Positions 54,679 through 56,786 of a stretch of DNA of 56,786 nucleotides are shown one piece after another. Position numbers and translations under genes: made by a program. Source of the stretch: Seison nebaliae (Eukaryota); assembly GCA_023231475.1 (NCBI GenBank), contig JALJEE010002383.1, positions 1 to 56,786 of the forward strand, given 5' to 3'. The notes under the pieces are model-generated. The model ran no database searches, was not told the origin of the DNA, and saw only the letters and a list, made by a program, of their open reading frames with translations. The first letter of the stretch is position 1. Each line of letters starts with the position of its first letter.

Positions 54679-54778
54679 TGAAATTGAATAAAATAAAAAT
54701 CAAATTCTGGAGAAAAAAAACGAACAAAAATTTTTTAGAAATTTCATCAGTAGATAAAATGTTTTTATTAAAAGAATT

Positions 54779-55696
54779 TTATTGATCAATTAATGTTCCA
54801 CGTTTCTGTCTACCAATCGTTGTTGTTGTTGACGTTTGATCGATATTTTTATCATTGAGGGAAGAATCGGTGAAACTTAAACAATTGTTATTACTAGTAG
54901 TGGTGGTAGAGGACAAAACATTCTTCCTATTAAGTGCTCCATTTATGACTTGGAGATTCATTTGATATGCATATGAATAATCATGAGATCCTAATTCGAT
55001 ATCAGCTTCATCAATATCTTCGATAACGTCCGTTCGTTCTCTCTTTTCAATTCGACGAGTATGTCCTTTGTTCTTACGATCTAATTGTTGATTATTTATA
55101 TTATTAATATTATCAATCAATTTCAATTCATTATTATTATTCTTATTCTTCTTCTCATTATTATTATTATTCATATCACCATTATTCGATCGATATCGAT
55201 GAACAACTTGATTGGCAATACTTCCCAAATTCGGTTTCACTTGTAATTGATACATCGAACAATTGTTGTTACTCAACGGACAATTATCTAAAAGGGAATT
55301 ATGAAGAATGAAAGTAAATCGATTTGATGTCTCTTCTTTTTCATGTTCATAAAATATTGGTAACGAACATTTTTGACAATGTCGTCGATATTGCACCTCG
55401 ATATAACCGGAAAGACGTTGGAGAAAAATTTTCGTTCGTTTTCCATCTGCCAATAACTTATGAATATTCACTGAATGATCGATCAATCGTGATTTATCTC
55501 GAGGACGTAAAGGAAGTTTATCGAGTTGCGTGTCAATTATCAAAATCATTTGACCACAAATACAATAATAAGTATTCAACGGTTTATCTCTTTGGTCATT
55601 CTGCATTCCATAATCGTTCCTGTGACGAAAGTGATGATTACGTTTTCGACTCTGAGATTTGTTCAAATTATTACCGGAATTTTTATGAGATGCCAT
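54779..55696 (-). CDS. STEEP1: STING ER exit protein 1 (CXorf56/UPF0428), intronless
   Basis: KPLNTYYCICGQMILIIDTQLDKLPLRPRDKSRLID, EVQYRRHCQKCSLPIFY and C-terminal RGTLID. Confidence 0.9.
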   Translation of the reverse strand: MASHKNSGNNLNKSQSRKRNHHFRHRNDYGMQNDQRDKPLNTYYCICGQMILIIDTQLDKLPLRPRDKSRLIDHSVNIHKLLADGKRTKIFLQRLSGYIEVQYRRHCQKCSLPIFYEHEKEETSNRFTFILHNSLLDNCPLSNNNCSMYQLQVKPNLGSIANQVVHRYRSNNGDMNNNNNEKKNKNNNNELKLIDNINNINNQQLDRKNKGHTRRIEKRERTDVIEDIDEADIELGSHDYSYAYQMNLQVINGALNRKNVLSSTTTTSNNNCLSFTDSSLNDKNIDQTSTTTTIGRQKRGTLIDQ

Positions 55697-55956
55697 TCGG
55701 ATGAGTTCATTCGTTATTTTTATGTAAATTTCGTTCGTATATTCTCAAAAAATAACTTCAGATTTTTAAAGAAAAAATTTTACAATAAATCTGAGAGATA
55801 ATTCCAATTAAAAAGGTTAAGCTTCTCTGAACATAAAATCGAATATTTCCAATAAATAAATTGATTGAACTAACATAAATACTGACTCAAAATGAGCCGA
55901 AGTATGAGCGATGTTTATTCAATTTCATATCTTCGGCACATGCTCTGTAGGTAACC

Positions 55957-56109
55957 GGAATGTAGACAAATTTTTTTACAAAAAAGGCATTTAGACCGTA
56001 GCCAAATCTTTTTTTTTCATTTGGAACGTAGCGAAATCTTTTTTTCTCATTTGGAACTAAGACAAATCTTTTTTTCTCATTTGGAACGTAGACAATTTGT
56101 CTACATTCC
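55957..56109. repeat. 153-bp element with perfect 16-bp TIRs and an internal 30-bp tandem repeat
   Basis: ggaatgtagacaaatt (55957-55972) and aatttgtctacattcc (56094-56109). Units like gtag.caaatctttttttctcatttggaac start at 55998, 56028 and 56058, with a partial unit at 56088. Confidence 0.85.
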
Positions 56110-56555
56110 TAGATTCGTTCTGTAAATAAGCAAGTCATATCCAGTCTGAATTTTTTTAAATTCTATATATCTATGAATATGAAAAATAAATTCTAAGAAA
56201 AACTAATTTTCATTGGTCTTCTGTGTAGTAGAAATCTTCTAATGTAAACTCAAACAATATTTTCTCATGGACCACATTCATAGCCCTATTATCATCAACT
56301 CGATGTGATAACCAATATCATACGGTTAAAATGCATGTTGTATTTTAGTAATGATTTAATTTTCGACAATTTTAATTTCTGTTGATTGATCTCATTACAG
56401 CCAGTGATATGAGATTTACCTACGGTCGTAGTGAGAAACATTTTGAGTACTGTTATTTGGAGTTTCGATTCTGAAATTTATGAGTACATTACGAACGGGT
56501 ACTAATTTATGGTTTAAATATTAATATAAAGGATTCATAAAGGTTTCCCATGTAC

Positions 56556-56762
56556 CCTGTTGGAATTGGTGAAAGGAGTTAACCTTTAAGGAGTAGTTAA
56601 CCCATACTCATCGAAAAAGAAAGATGTTAACCCTCTTTTCCCAAAGAAGAAAGATGTTAACCCTCTTTTCCCAAAAAAGAAAGAAGTTAACCCATTTTCC
56701 ATGGAAAAAGGAAGAAGTTAACCCAGTATTCAATGGAAAAAGAAAGAAGTTAACCTCTCTGG
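56556..56762 (+). repeat. About 30-32-bp tandem repeat array with a GTTAACC core, possibly subterminal repeats of a transposon end
   Basis: Repeated aaaaagaaaga(t/a)gttaaccc... units, seven GTTAAC cores, preceded by ccctgttggaatt. Confidence 0.75.
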
Positions 56763-56786
56763 AATTTTAGTTTAAGCAGAAAATGA

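Noticed and set aside
55998..56762. About 30-bp periodic repeats resembling a CRISPR array
   Set aside because: The units are contiguous tandem copies with no unique spacers, there are no cas genes, and the context is eukaryotic.

Overview
This is a compact, very AT-rich metazoan (invertebrate) nuclear genome segment, not prokaryotic: no CRISPR array, rRNA or tRNA was seen. Genes are tightly packed and most introns are 40-60 nt. Recognisable genes: p70 S6 kinase, dynein light chain LC8, Exo70, an intronless bacterial-type D-3-hydroxybutyrate dehydrogenase with a mitochondrial-like presequence, two Ly6/uPAR GPI proteins, SMCR8-like, LEKR1, eIF2-alpha, Mieap/SPATA18, ALG1, SPATA1, a muscle myosin heavy chain (MHC), a pancreatic-type lipase, CFAP77, STEEP1, and several orphans. 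There are also decayed LINE copies and small inverted-repeat elements. Main discoveries, all from hand-built gene models: (1) nearly all constitutive introns begin GTT (often GTTAGT) instead of GTR, which suggests altered 5' splice-site recognition, while most alternative MHC exons use non-GTT donors; (2) the MHC locus has three mutually exclusive exon clusters (2, 3 and 2 exons), three alternative tail exons, and an intron-nested two-exon Ser/Thr-rich module that splices in frame onto the rod to give a headless catchin/myorod-like protein; (3) YCAY, UGCAUG and ACUAAY motifs cluster around the alternative exons; (4) a candidate horizontally acquired, mitochondrially retargeted dehydrogenase; (5) an operon-like intergenic spacer downstream of STEEP1. 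The species cannot be determined from sequence alone; a compact-genome spiralian is a guess.
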